Both the position numbers and the translations under genes were made by a program. 64,000 bases of DNA. It comes from Cetorhinus maximus (taxonomy: Eukaryota). The DNA lies in assembly GCF_964194155.1 (NCBI RefSeq), contig NC_135881.1, positions 75,578,001 through 75,642,000 on the forward strand. Direction: 5' to 3'. Shown here one piece after another: positions 49,688 through 61,101 of this stretch (position 1 is its first letter; each line of letters begins with the position of its first letter). Below the pieces are notes generated by a model. It saw only the letters and a list, made by a program, of their open reading frames with translations. It was not told the origin of the DNA and made no database searches.

Positions 49688-50292
49688 GGCTGCTCCAGAT
49701 TTACCCAGTGCCCCGAAGTCCAGATATGGAAATGCTGGATGGGATTAGGGTCATCGGGTGGACGGAGCTGGGTGTCAGCTCAACTAGACAACTAAAGGGG
49801 AATCCAAACATGTCGTCCTGACTAGGCAAAAGTGATTGTATTGAAAAGGCTGTGACGGGTCAAAGAGCAGTGTTGGGGGGGGGGGATTCTCGCTGGTAGC
49901 TCACAAGGGCCATGGCAAAGATCAATGTCTCCCTGCACACGCATGATTCCAGAGGGACATAGACCCAGGCAGGGCTGTCCCCTTGAATATAGGGGGTACG
50001 CACAGGCATTAAAGTGAACAGACACAATGGAAAGACAGCAGACCTCCTTAAAGTGCAACTGTACATATATTAACTAGTGTGCATTAACAAAAAGCAATGA
50101 TAGTGCATTTGTGCCACTATAGTGAGATCAGTATTTCTTTATTTAACATTTCCTGCCACTGTGTCTCGGTACTTTCCTGACATCTGCAGCAGGGGTGAAG
50201 GCAGACTGCTGACCCTGTGCCCCATTGCCTTTGATGACCTTGGCCGCGGCCTCTGAAGCCTTGAGGCCTGGAGGGCCCTGGCTTATTCAGGC

Positions 50293-50715
50293 TGTTGTAT
50301 TTATACAGTATCTTTAATGTAATGAATCATCCCATGGTGCTTCATTGAGGCATTATAAAACAAAGTATGAAACGAAGGCACTTAAGGAGATATTATCTCA
50401 GATGACCAAAAGAGGTAGGTTTTAAGGAATGTATTAAAGGAGGAAAGTGAGGTAGAGGGGTGGAAGGATTTTAGGAGGGGATTCCAGAGTTTGGGGCCTA
50501 GGAAACTGAAGGCATGACCTCCATGTAAAGTGATTAAAGTTGAAGATGGCAAGACACCAGAATTAGAGGAGCATAGATAGCTTGGAGGCTTGTGGGGTTG
50601 GAAGAGATAACCTAGATAGGGAGGGTGGGACCATGAAGGAATTTGAAATAAGGGCAAGAATTTTAAAATCAAGACGTTGCTTGTCTGGGAACCAATGTGG
50701 GTCCGCAACCACAGG
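50293..50715 (-). mobile_element. L2 LINE 3' end
   Basis: ADPHWFPDKQRLDFKIL and GGHAFSFLGPKLWNPL..FLKTYLF. Confidence 0.85.
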
Positions 50716-50890
50716 GTGACATGGAAATGGGATTATGTGCAAGAGCAAAAATGAAAAATTTATATTTTCCCAAAAATCATTCCAAAGTACAAGCATGTCA
50801 CTCTGGGCTTTGCAAGCCTTTAAGGGTAGCCTGCACTATCTGTTTTTCAAAATGTGCAATGACATTTTCAACACATATTGTTTACACTGA

Positions 50891-51100
50891 AATAAAAACA
50901 GAAAATGCTGGAAAAGCTCAGCAGGTCTGACAGCATCTGTGGAGAGAGAAGAAGAGTTAACGCTTCTGAAGAAGGGTCTTACAGACTCAAAAAGTTAACT
51001 CTGTTTCTCTCTCCTTCAATGCTGTCAGAACTGCTGAGCTTTTCCAGCATTTTCTGTTTTTATTTCAGATTTCCAGCATCTGATGTATTTTGCTTTTTCT
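50891..51100. mobile_element. Fold-back Penelope terminal-repeat insert with 15-bp TSD
   Basis: Inverted arms around a CTGAAGA motif; TATTGTTTACACTGA at 50876-50890 and 51101-51115. Confidence 0.82.
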
Positions 51101-51237
51101 TATTGTTTACACTGAGCTTACTTTGGTGCAACATCTGGAGCTTCGCCTTCTAGCTTCGGCAGTCGATTATGTGGCACATGATAATTTTTAAATCAGCATT
51201 TTGCTAATTCCTGTGAGGCAGATGAATGCGGGCTTCA

Positions 51238-52045
51238 TGTCGCTTGCCATTTCAACTCGCCATCTTGCTCTCATGATCACATATCCGTCCTTGGCCTGCT
51301 GCAATGTTCCAGTGAAGCCCAACGCAAACTGAAGGAACAGCACCTCATTAATCGATTAGGCACTTTACAGCCTTCCGGACTTAATGCTGAGTTCAGGCCA
51401 TGAACTATGTCCACCATTTTGACACTTTTTTCCCAACTCCCACCCCTCACAGGTCCAGTCTGTAACTTGTTCTGATGTTTGCTTTCAGAGAACACTGACC
51501 TTGTTCCGCTATTAACACATTCTGCTATCTGAGACTTTATGCCACTATTAGCACCTCCTTTAGTCTTTAACACTATCATTATCGCTCCTTTTTCTGTGTC
51601 CATGACATCTTTGTCAAATCTCCCCTGAGCTCCCACCTAACCCTGACCTACTATTTTTCTCCATCTGCTCCAACCCCTCCCTTCATATAAAATCCATCAC
51701 ATTTCTACCTTTCTTTAACTCTGAAGAAGAGTCATGCAGACTCAAAACATTAACTCTATTTCTCTCTCCACAGGCACTGCCAGACCTGCTGAGTTTTTCT
51801 AGAAATTTCTGTTTTTATATTATTAAATGAAGGGGAAGATGTGCTTGGTGGTGGGATCATGATGTAAATGGCAGAAAGTGATCTGGTGAATACAGAGGCT
51901 ATTAAGATGGAAGTGGTGACATGGGAGCTCCTGTCATTGTGAGAGAACGGAGATGGATCACTGTGGAGCCATGAAAACTGCTGAGGTAAAACTTCATCTG
52001 AGGTAAAGAACATTTCGAGAGCTCTGGTGTTTACAATGGAAGCAT
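51238..52045 (+). mobile_element. Penelope-like 3' part (plus strand to about 51820) followed by an inverted internal fragment
   Basis: Reverse complement of 26330-26500 (RKLKEQHLINRLGTLQPSGLN); terminal repeat at 51717-51820. Confidence 0.8.
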
Positions 52046-52099
52046 CAGTGTCATTATCAGCTTCGAAACTGTTGCATCCGATGCTGATCAGTTAGAAAA

Positions 52100-52770
52100 C
52101 CGCACACTTAACTTGGTACATTTAAAAGGACCCGACTTCTAAAGCACCATCTGGCTCAGTGCAGGAATCCATGAGGAGACCCACAAAAGAGGATCAGTGC
52201 AGAAGTCACACCCCCTTTTTACAGCACTACCGGCTGTATGGAAAGTTTGAATGTTAGTGAATGGGTGGCTGGATAAATGTGGATGAGTGGGGTGGGTAGG
52301 GTGGGAAAGTGGGTGAAGTGGGCAGGTGGGTGAGGTGGCTAAGTAGGTAGGGGTAGGTGGGTGATGTGGGTGACTGGGTAGATGGGCAGAGGGTAGAGGC
52401 TAGGTTGGTAATCGGGTCAGGGGGGGTTTAGTCAGGTTGGGTCAGGGTGGGGAGGGTGGTTAGGTTGGGTCAAGGGGGTAGTCAGGTGGTCAGGGGGGTA
52501 GTCGGGTCAGGTCATGAGGGTTGTCGGGGCTCGGGGGCTAGTTGGGTGATCGGGAGGTAATCAGAAAGGTCGGGGGAGGGTGACTGGGGCTTAGTTGTGT
52601 AGATACCCAGGTGTTAGACTAGACTTTAATCAGTCTAACATTTCCTCGGTCGCTATTCGGGTAAGTACATTGGAACTGTCCAATGTCTCCGACTCTAACT
52701 CAGACTCAGAGACATCTGTGGAGTGTCCTGGTAAGCATGGGAATTGCCCATCAGAAGTTTATAAAATTGT
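52100..52770 (-). mobile_element. Second, inverted copy of the 525-1720 repeat, with G-rich minisatellite at about 52280-52590
   Basis: Unique flanks match 630-775 and 1495-1635 in reverse complement. Confidence 0.6.
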
Positions 52771-54885
52771 CCCTTTTTCACCACATGCTTTCCAAATCTA
52801 GTATTTTATTAGTGCATGAACGAAACTTGTGGTATGTATAATCCGTTTCTCTTTTCGTTTCTTGCAGGTGGAGACTGCGTGCCTTGCTTTGTCAGCAGGC
52901 AGAGTTCATGCAAGGTCACTTTCCCAGGACCTTCTAACTGTGTTTGTGTTTTCCAAGCATGTGGGATTACAAATAATGTACCCCCACCAAACTAGTTTCA
53001 TCTTTCTTTGTAGAATAGGAAAGTTTCCTGTGGTGTGAGTGACTTGGTATTTTTATCCCACTCAGCCTGAACTGACAGGAAGTGATTCCTTTGTAAATAT
53101 TGGAAGAAGCCGTTTGATGGAATTGCCATTCAGCTCTGTCATCCATTTAGCCTTCAATGCTAATTAATGTGTCAATGAATGTCATATGGATCATTTATGT
53201 CAGTGATATGTTGTAATTGGTAGTCCCCGCCCTAAGGTGCTGACTGAATATCTGGAATATGCCATGTATGCAGTTTTTGGTGAATTTTGTTTCCATCATT
53301 AGAAAGGATATAAGTACTAGGAAGCTGAATGTTTTCTCATTTTGGCCACACAGGCTACTAAATAGCAAAGTGATAGGCTTAAATATTCCACCCAATCGTA
53401 CCCACAGACAATTAGCACACACAAGATTGACAAAAAGGCTCAGTGAGCCTATTAAGATGTATCAATGCCTGACTATAACTATAATATTGAGTGCTTCTTG
53501 AAGATTTCACCATCACAATGTCTTGCTTTTAGTGTCACTCTATAAATGAAAGCATGCACATGTGATCACCAGCCAGCTTTCCCCGATTAGGCACAGCTGC
53601 CAAGATGCCACGATCCACATCTACAGGCATTGGCATAGACAGTGTGGAAGTTGCAGTGCCAAGGTCGCTGAAGTGTAGATGTAGAGTTGCCACCACCTGC
53701 TTGAAGAACACCTGCAACTACAATGCAGCACAGAGCTGGCAGACAGTGACAGTAACAATGAGTTATGATCTGAAACTTGACTCTCCCTCCTGGCAGGTAT
53801 GTTGCAATGCTGACCTATGGGGCTGTGCCATGAGTTGACTTGAAGACAGCTCTCCTCAGAACCCTCTTGAGCACCGCTTGCGCTTAAGCAGCCATCAAAC
53901 AAAGGATTGGTGCTGACTGCTTTGTTACTTCCTGCGGAATGAAGTGTTGACTAAATCAAGGTGGAACTTTCCCACCCTGCCCGTGGCAGGCGGGAGCAGT
54001 GAATCCAGCGGGAGTCAAAATATCAGAATAATGCCGGTGTAAAAACAGTTCGCAATTCTCCTGATGGCAGGTCAATGGCAGGTCGGGTATCCTGCTGACT
54101 AGTGGCATGAACGCCATTTGCATTCATTAACTTCTCATGAATGCTTATTAAATTAGCTGCTTGCCAGAATCACGTGCTCCTTCCAACCTTACGTCACGCC
54201 AGTGGGAAATCGCGTTGGTCTGAATCATGTTTGAGAAAGAGTGGCATGCAGCGGTTGGACCTCACTTCGCTGGTGAGATGAGTGCAACATTCATGGCCCA
54301 CCTGCCACAACACTGCGCCGATCTTGTTGCATTGCCAGTGGAATGCCACACTGCTGGGGGTGTGGGGTTAGTTTGCTTCTGGTGGGTGCCACCGTAGTCC
54401 AGAAGGGCACTACTATGCAGCAATACTCAGGCCGGGCTGAACTTTCAGACAGAGACCAGCATTTCAAGCGGTGGGGGGGGGGGGGTTGTTGGTAACGGGG
54501 CGGGGGGGGAGATGGGGGGGTGGTGCATGACAAACACACGAGGGGCAAAGGGGAAGAAGGGCATTGAAAGGGGTTAGGGGGTGGGGGAAAGATGGAAGGC
54601 AGAGGGAAGACCGAGGGGTGGGAAGCTAGAACCTGACAAGGGAAACTGAAACACTGACAAAGAAGGGGGTGGATGGGATAACATATTAATGGGTGGGAAG
54701 GAATGCTTGCAGAGTCCGGAATAGGAAAGGCGAGGGTGGGGGGTTGTTGTGTTAGTGTGGCACAATTGGGATGGGTCGCACTGAGACTCATGAAGTAGGT
54801 GGGGGTAGCTGGGAAGGGAGACAGTGTAGTGTTCAGTCACAAGGGCATGGGGAACCCACTGAAAGTCAAAGTCCTTGTTCTGGGG

Positions 54886-55595
54886 CTAGTGGATCGGAGT
54901 GAGAAAGTAGAGACTCTCTTTGGGCTCACAGTCAGGAGTGAGAGAGTAGAGATACTCCTTGGACTCACGGTCATCAGTCAGAGAATATAGACAGCCCTGG
55001 GGCTCTGTGGACCTCACAGTCAAGAGTAAGAGAGTTGAGACAGTCCTGGGGTGCAGCGGGTCATGCTGCAGGGCTATGCACCATGTTGTACTCCTACTCC
55101 AGGAGGGGCAAGGGCTGTGTGCTAAATTGGGATAATGCACAGCCTTGTGTGCAGGGCTGTCTCACAGTTTCTGTCCATGGGCTTGCCTGTCTCTGTACTG
55201 GGCTGCAGATGGGATGGTAATGGTTATGGGAGGCATCTGCAGCCTGGATTTGGAGAAACTATAATAAAGGGGAGGGGTGGGGGGGGTGGGGGGGCTATGT
55301 GAAGGTCTGCTAGGTGGGGTGAGTCTCCTCTGTAGGTGACCATGCACACAGCCTCAATTTGGGGAGGATGGAGGTCCACATGGGGCATGGGCATGTGAGG
55401 AGTGATGGGCTCAGGGGCGAGGGTAGGAATGTTGACCACAACAAGAATGGGATCCATTATTACTGGGTGATGCTGGGGAATAACAGGAGGGAGCACTACC
55501 TGCACATCCTGAGGTTCCAGGTAAATTTCTGGGACGTGCACAGTGAGAGAGGGAGCATTGAAGCTGGTCTCAAAGGAATAGCAGAGAACTACCAT
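54886..55595 (-). pseudogene. Harbinger type-B ORF3 (copy in B2)
   Basis: MVVLCYSFETSFNAPSLTVHVPEI..PEPITPHMPMPHVDLHPPQIEA, then after a frameshift RLQMPPITITIPSAAQY; AAGATGG start context. Confidence 0.65.
54895..55050. repeat. 39-bp tandem repeat, about 4 copies
   Basis: CTCACAGTCAGGAGTGAGAGAGTAGAGA.. units; 13-aa periodicity visible in the ORF track. Confidence 0.75.
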
Positions 55596-56289
55596 CTTGC
55601 ACTATCAAACTAATGGCAAGTTATAAATCAAAAGTAGAAGCAAATCCAACTGGGAGGTGTCTGAGGCAATGTGGGAGGAGCACCCTGCTGAACTAAGAGG
55701 CCTTTTCTGGTGGCGGCCTCTAACTTGGTAGTACCACAAGATTAAAGTGGAGTCAGAACTGAGAGAAAGGAGGAAGACCTCCTTGAGAAGCTAGCCATTG
55801 GATCCCATGCATTTTACCGTGTTGTAACAGGGAAATGTAGGACTCTCTGGCTTAACATTACAGTCACTGCATTTCAACAATAACACACAGGAATGTGAAA
55901 TTTGGGAATTGAGGCAACCATTAAGGTATTGCATATATGGCACCCCATCAATGGAAGACTTTCATGTGCTTCCCAGAATTGGCATTTGTAATGGGTCAAA
56001 GGGCACCTAGTCATTAATCTTGAGCAATTTATTGCGAATGAGTATGGCAGATCTGAGATTGGAGCGCAAGCCTTCTCCAGCCACTGTGGGATTCAGATGT
56101 TAAGTCTCAGGGATGGCATCTTGGTCACCTCGATGTGTCTGCTGGTGCCTGAGGTACAAGGCTAGTAGGGCAGAAGCCACTATAGACCATTACAGTTGCT
56201 ACTGGTTCAAGATTGTGAGCTTCACTATGTTCACTCATTATTCATTAATCTATTCAATCTATCATTTCAGAGAGAAAGACAAAACATTT

Positions 56290-58299
56290 ATGGATCAAGG
56301 GGGCTCAATGCTGCCTTTTTGAGGGTTCTAATACAATGGAGGAGGAGAAGAAGGGACAGGATTAGCTTCAGGAGGATGCCCCGCCTGAGTTCAAGGGTGC
56401 AGGGGAGCCACAGCAAGGACATGAGGATCAGGAGGATAGGCCCAGAGTATGGAGGACACTCGCTAGACCAAGGGTACACCAAAGAAGACGCTCCTATTTA
56501 CAGATGAGTGAGAAACAATGCTACACACATCTGCACTTCTGCGGAGCTCTGGTAGATCATGTCTGCCACAGTTTTCATGGAGATAAATGTGAAGTTATAT
56601 GCTTCAGTGTGAAAAACAGAAAGGCAGAGTATTATTTAAATAGGGATATATTGGGAAATGTAGACGTACAAAGGGATCTGGGTGTCCTTGTACACCAGTC
56701 AATGAAAGTAAACAGGCAGGAGCAGCAAGCAATTAGGAAGGCAAATGGTATGTTGGCCTTCATTGCAAGAGGATTTGAATTCAGAAGTAGGGATGTCTTA
56801 CTGTAATTATACAATGCTTTGGTGAAACCACACCTGGAGTATTGCGTGCAGTTTTTGTCTCCCTGCCTAAGAAAAGGATATACTCGCCATCGAGGGAGTG
56901 CAGCAAAGGTTCACTAGGCTGATACTGGAGTTGGCAGGACTGCCATATGAGGAGAGATTGGTTCGATTGGGTCTGTATTCACTAGGGTTTAGAAGAATGA
57001 GAGTGGATCTGATTGAAATGTATAAAATTCTAACAGGACTAGACAGACCAGATGCAGGGGGGATGTTTCCCCTGGTTTGGAAGTCTAGAACCAGGGCCAC
57101 AGTCTCAGGATACAGGGCAGGCTATTTAGGACTGAGATGATGAAAAATTTCTTCAGTCAGAAGGTGGTCAACCTCTGGAATTGTCTACCACAGAAGGCTG
57201 TGGGTTCCGGGTCACTGAGTATATTCAAGAGAGAAATTGATAATTTTTTGGATATTAAGAGCATCAAGGGTATGGAGTGAAAACAGGAATATGCCGTTGA
57301 GATAGAGGATCAGCCATGATCATATTGAATGGCAGAGCAGGCTCGAAGGGCTGAATGGCCTACTCCTGCTCCTAGTTTCTATGTTTCTATGTTTCTATGT
57401 TTCTAAGACCTAATGCCCCATGGAGTGAGTGGCTATCCTCTCCAGTGGCCTTGAAGGTGACTGCCATGCTCGATATCTTTGCCTGCAGGTTGTTCCAGGG
57501 ATCCACAGGGGACTTGTGCGTGGCATCTCGCAGTATGCCACACATAGATGCATCAAAGAGACCACAGAAACCCTCTACGCAAGGCACATCATTATGTAAG
57601 ATTCATACTCAATGAAGGTAGCCAGGCTGCGAGAATCAATGCAGCTATCTCAGGCTTCCCAGGAGTGTAGGAAGTGGCTTTAAGGGCTCCACGGCAGCAG
57701 CCCCTAATGTTTATCAACTGTAAAGGCTTTTATTCCATCAATGTTCAATGGATCTGCAATCATCAGAAGCACATAATGCACTTTTGTGCCAGGTACCCTG
57801 GGATTTGAACTTTCATACATCCTGAGTAACTCCCAGGTGCCTCAGATATTCGAAGGGCCTGAGGTGTCTACAGGGCTGGCTGCTTGGGGATAAGGGGAAA
57901 CCACTGAAACACTGGCTCATGACACCAGTGCGTTGGCCTCAGAGTGCTTGGGAGGAGAGGTACAACTCCACACGGTCCCTAATTGAGCAGACCATTGGCA
58001 TTCTGAAGAAGAGCTTCCGATGCTTGGACCATCAGGTGGCACGCTGCAGTACACTCCAGATAGGGTATCCCGCATCATCGTGGTGCGCCCTTCACAACTT
58101 GATATTGCAAAGAGGTGATCCCTTGCCAGAGGGTGAAATGGAGGAGGATAAGAGCTCCTCAGAGGATGAAAGGCAGGAGACCCAGGAACCTGAAGAGCCT
58201 GGTGAGGGTCAGCTTCCACAGGACAATGCAATCAAGGAAGCACGACATGGAAGACATACTCGCGCCACTTTAATTGGAACCAGGTTCCATGAGAAATAA
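56290..58299 (+). pseudogene. Harbinger transposase of element B2, split by a CR1 insertion
   Basis: [50 protein letters not shown]; first catalytic motif (AIDCTH) deleted. Confidence 0.88.
56569..57405 (+). mobile_element. CR1 LINE 3' part inserted in the B2 transposase
   Basis: DKCEVI..QRDLGVLVH..YEERLVRLGLYSL; (TTTCTATG)n tail. Confidence 0.95.
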
Positions 58300-58489
58300 A
58301 GTGAAGGCAAGGGGAGATGGTCACATTTCTCCTGTCCCTGAGAGCCATTCCATTGCATTGAAAGGGATGTCCAATCAGTCACATCAAGAGCAAGTTTAGC
58401 ATTCACACTTGCACCTCCCTGTCTCATGATTCACCAGGTCATGACCCTGTATGCGCTCGGCCTGGGAAGTGACAGTCGACACAACAACA

Positions 58490-58704
58490 AGAAACCCTCT
58501 ACGCAAAGCACATCATTATGTAAGGTTCACACTCAATGAAGATAGCCAGGCTGCGAGATTCAATGCAGCTATCTCAGGCTTCCCAGGAGTGTAGGATGTG
58601 GCTTTAAGGGCTCCACGGCAGCAGCCCCTAATGTTTATCAACTGTAAAGGCTTTCATTCCATCAATGTTCAACGGATCTGCAATCATCAGAAGCACTTGA
58701 TGCA
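58490..58704 (+). repeat. 215-bp direct duplication of 57566-57780
   Basis: Near-identical copy, including the same internal deletion. Confidence 0.92.
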
Positions 58705-59169
58705 GTCGTCGCCACATTAATGAGAAACCACAGCGGTCAGTGAGATGAGGACATGGCCGGGAATATCAGCCTCCCGTCCAGGTCTTATCCTTTGGCACTA
58801 CCACTGAGGAGACACAACTGTCACTGATTCCTCGAGGCGGCTGAGCTGCCCTCACACACAGTGGGTTGTGAGGAAAAAGGGTTCCAAGTGCATTGATCAC
58901 ACACTTCCGATAAAGATTTTAACACATCTACCTGACATCACACAAGGGTGCGGAAACTATCTTCAGTGAGGTTGACATCACAAGAATGTGAATCTCACAG
59001 AGTGAGACTATAACTGAGTGGGAGGATGGCAAAACTTCAGAATAAGAGGATTCAAATGTACATAATTACAACACCTTTGGTTCACCATGCCATTCACATA
59101 CACATCTAATGTATTAACAATTGTGCAATATTTTTACAGTGGTTGCGCACCCGTGACCCAAAAGTGATT

Positions 59170-61027
59170 TCAATGTTTCTTAACTTCCCTAACCCTACTA
59201 CTATGTATAGGTGCAGCCCCGACATCCGCAGCAGAGGTGGAGGCAGCCTGCTGACTGCTACATCTTGATGTTTGTGATGACCTTGGCAGACATCCTCTGG
59301 TGGCTCGAGGGCCCCAGCCTAATAAGGGTCTCCTGCTCAGAGGCAGATGCACCCTCCTCAGCCTAAGCAACTGAATTGAATGAACGGGGTCACAGGCAGA
59401 GAGGATTGTGAGAGGCTGGACATCCTTGGAGTGTCCTGAGTGGAGGACCCTGGGGTGTCTGACTCTCATCCTCCATGAGGCTTCCCGAGGTCCCCTCCCT
59501 GACTTCTTGAGGAGAAAGGGCACCTGGATGGAGGTCAAGATGCCTCGTTCCCCTCTCGCCTAGACATTGATGCTGCCCACTAGTGTGTGTGGTCATGGAG
59601 TCCAGGGCCGAGTGCAAATCCTGCTGGAACAAGGTCTCCATGGTGGCCGCCAGCCTTCCCATGGCAACTCGAGGCACTCGCATGTCGGAGCCACGACATG
59701 AGACAGAACGCGGATGGATTCCTCCATCCTTTGCTCTAGTCTGCTGGGAGACTGCTGCATCTCTGCCTGATGTTCCTGATGCCCACATCCTGTTGTTGCA
59801 TATCCAGCATTGTGTTGGCTCATCATCTGAGTTGGACTCAGCGGGTAGCTGGTCTCCAGCAGCCCTCCAAGTGCCAGGTACCTCAGCTGTCCCTGCCTCC
59901 AACTACTGCGGGAATGTGTCAGTGAGATCTTCTCCAGTGGGTGACCCTGACCCTAATCTAGAGCTATGCCCCACCGAGGTGTGTGCCTCTGTGCTGATGG
60001 AGGGCACGGATGAGTGCAGTGACGGTTCTTTGGTGGCTTCCTCATCCGAAGTGGTCAGGGGGGTGGGGCTTCATTTGGCCATCCTTCTCTGGCAAGATTT
60101 ACTGGTGTCAATAAGAGAGAGAAGAGAGTTTTAGTTCATGAGCAGCAAAATACAAGATTGCATTTCACTCACTGTGAATGTCAGGGTGTGATAAATTCAT
60201 GGAGTGTCATCCATACTATGCTGCTGGGAGAAGCCGATCTTCCCTTCCCCACAGGAGTGATCCCTGTCCTCCCCAGCCTGCTCAGTGGCTTCCTCCTTGA
60301 ACTTGATGAGGTGAACAATGTCAGCTGCCCCTCCCCTGGTCTGGAATCTTTGATGTCAGTTGTGGGTCAGCTTGCCCTGGATGAAGACAAAAAGTGATGA
60401 GGAGGGAATGACCATTAGTTGGGAAATGTGCCTGATCCTATGTGTGGACCTTCTCCCCAGAAGGGGCTGAGGATGGACTGTGAGCAACATGATCGATGAG
60501 AAGGTGGTGATGTGAAAGTTTCTGTGAGACATTTGTCGCCGCTAAAGATGTTGTATGAGAACCCTGAAGGGATTAGCAATTTGAATGCATGATTCCATAA
60601 CGAGAGTTTGACATTGGAGGGAATTAAAGGATGACTTACACTGACAGAGCATCTGGGATCATTCACCTTCTTCCTGTACTGGATGGTGTTGCGGGTGCAG
60701 TGGCCAGCTGTGCTGTCCTCCTCTGCGATGGACTCCCAGGCCTGAGAGGTGAGGCAGGTGTGCTTTCTGAAGCTGTCCCTCGGGTACAGCACAGCCCTAT
60801 ACTCCCGCATTCCTTGTATCAAAGCCTTAAGGGCTGGGTAGGAAGTAGTGTGGCTTGCAGGCTTAGCTCTGAAGAAGGGTCATATGAACTCGAAGCGGTA
60901 ACTCTGTTTCTCTCTCCACAGATGCTATCAGACCAGCATTTTCTGTTTTTATTTCAGATTTTGAGTATCTGCAGTATTTTGCTTTTTTTTTTTGGCTTGC
61001 AGGCTTCTTCCTTCGGTTGCCAGGCAT
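59170..61027 (-). pseudogene. Harbinger Myb/SANT-like protein of B2 (exon 1 61027-60640, exon 2 60376-60217, exon 3 to 59170)
   Basis: Removing the 60865-60992 insert restores MPGNRRKKPA..ALKALIQG..QAWESIAEE..IQYRKKVND; exon 2 GKLTHN*..QTRGG; basic C-terminal tail. Confidence 0.8.
60865..60992 (+). mobile_element. Short Penelope terminal-repeat insert with 14-bp TSD
   Basis: TGGCTTGCAGGCTT at 60851-60864 and 60993-61006. Confidence 0.85.
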
Positions 61028-61093
61028 CTCTGTGCATGTCCTGGAGACAGCTGGGCTGGAGAGAGAGAAATGTGTGTGCGTGCTCGGGTGGCG

Positions 61094-61101
61094 TTTATAT
61101 A
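61094..61101 (-). promoter_or_regulatory. Candidate TATA box of the B2 Myb/SANT gene
   Basis: TATATAAA on the minus strand about 67 bp upstream of the reconstructed ATG; element A2 has TTTAAA upstream of its ATG (about 47321). Confidence 0.4.

Larger units (their letters stand above)
41704..50285 (+). mobile_element. PIF/Harbinger element B1 (decayed, rearranged, hosts nested element A2)
   Basis: Left end GGTTGGGATTTT and the next 300 bp resemble 53959-54290; ORF3; transposase N-half at 48155-48866; Myb-gene 3' fragment at 50165-50285 matching 59210-59315. Confidence 0.75.

Noticed and set aside
52868-53034. Plus-strand candidate exon with a strong acceptor and GTGAGT donor
   Set aside because: Peptide unrecognisable and no partner exons; not supportable without transcripts.
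55336-55520. Plus-strand exon (His/Gly-rich peptide) in the ORF3 region
   Set aside because: It shares middle codon positions with ORF3, but substitutions are conservative and synonymous only on the minus strand; treated as an antisense shadow.
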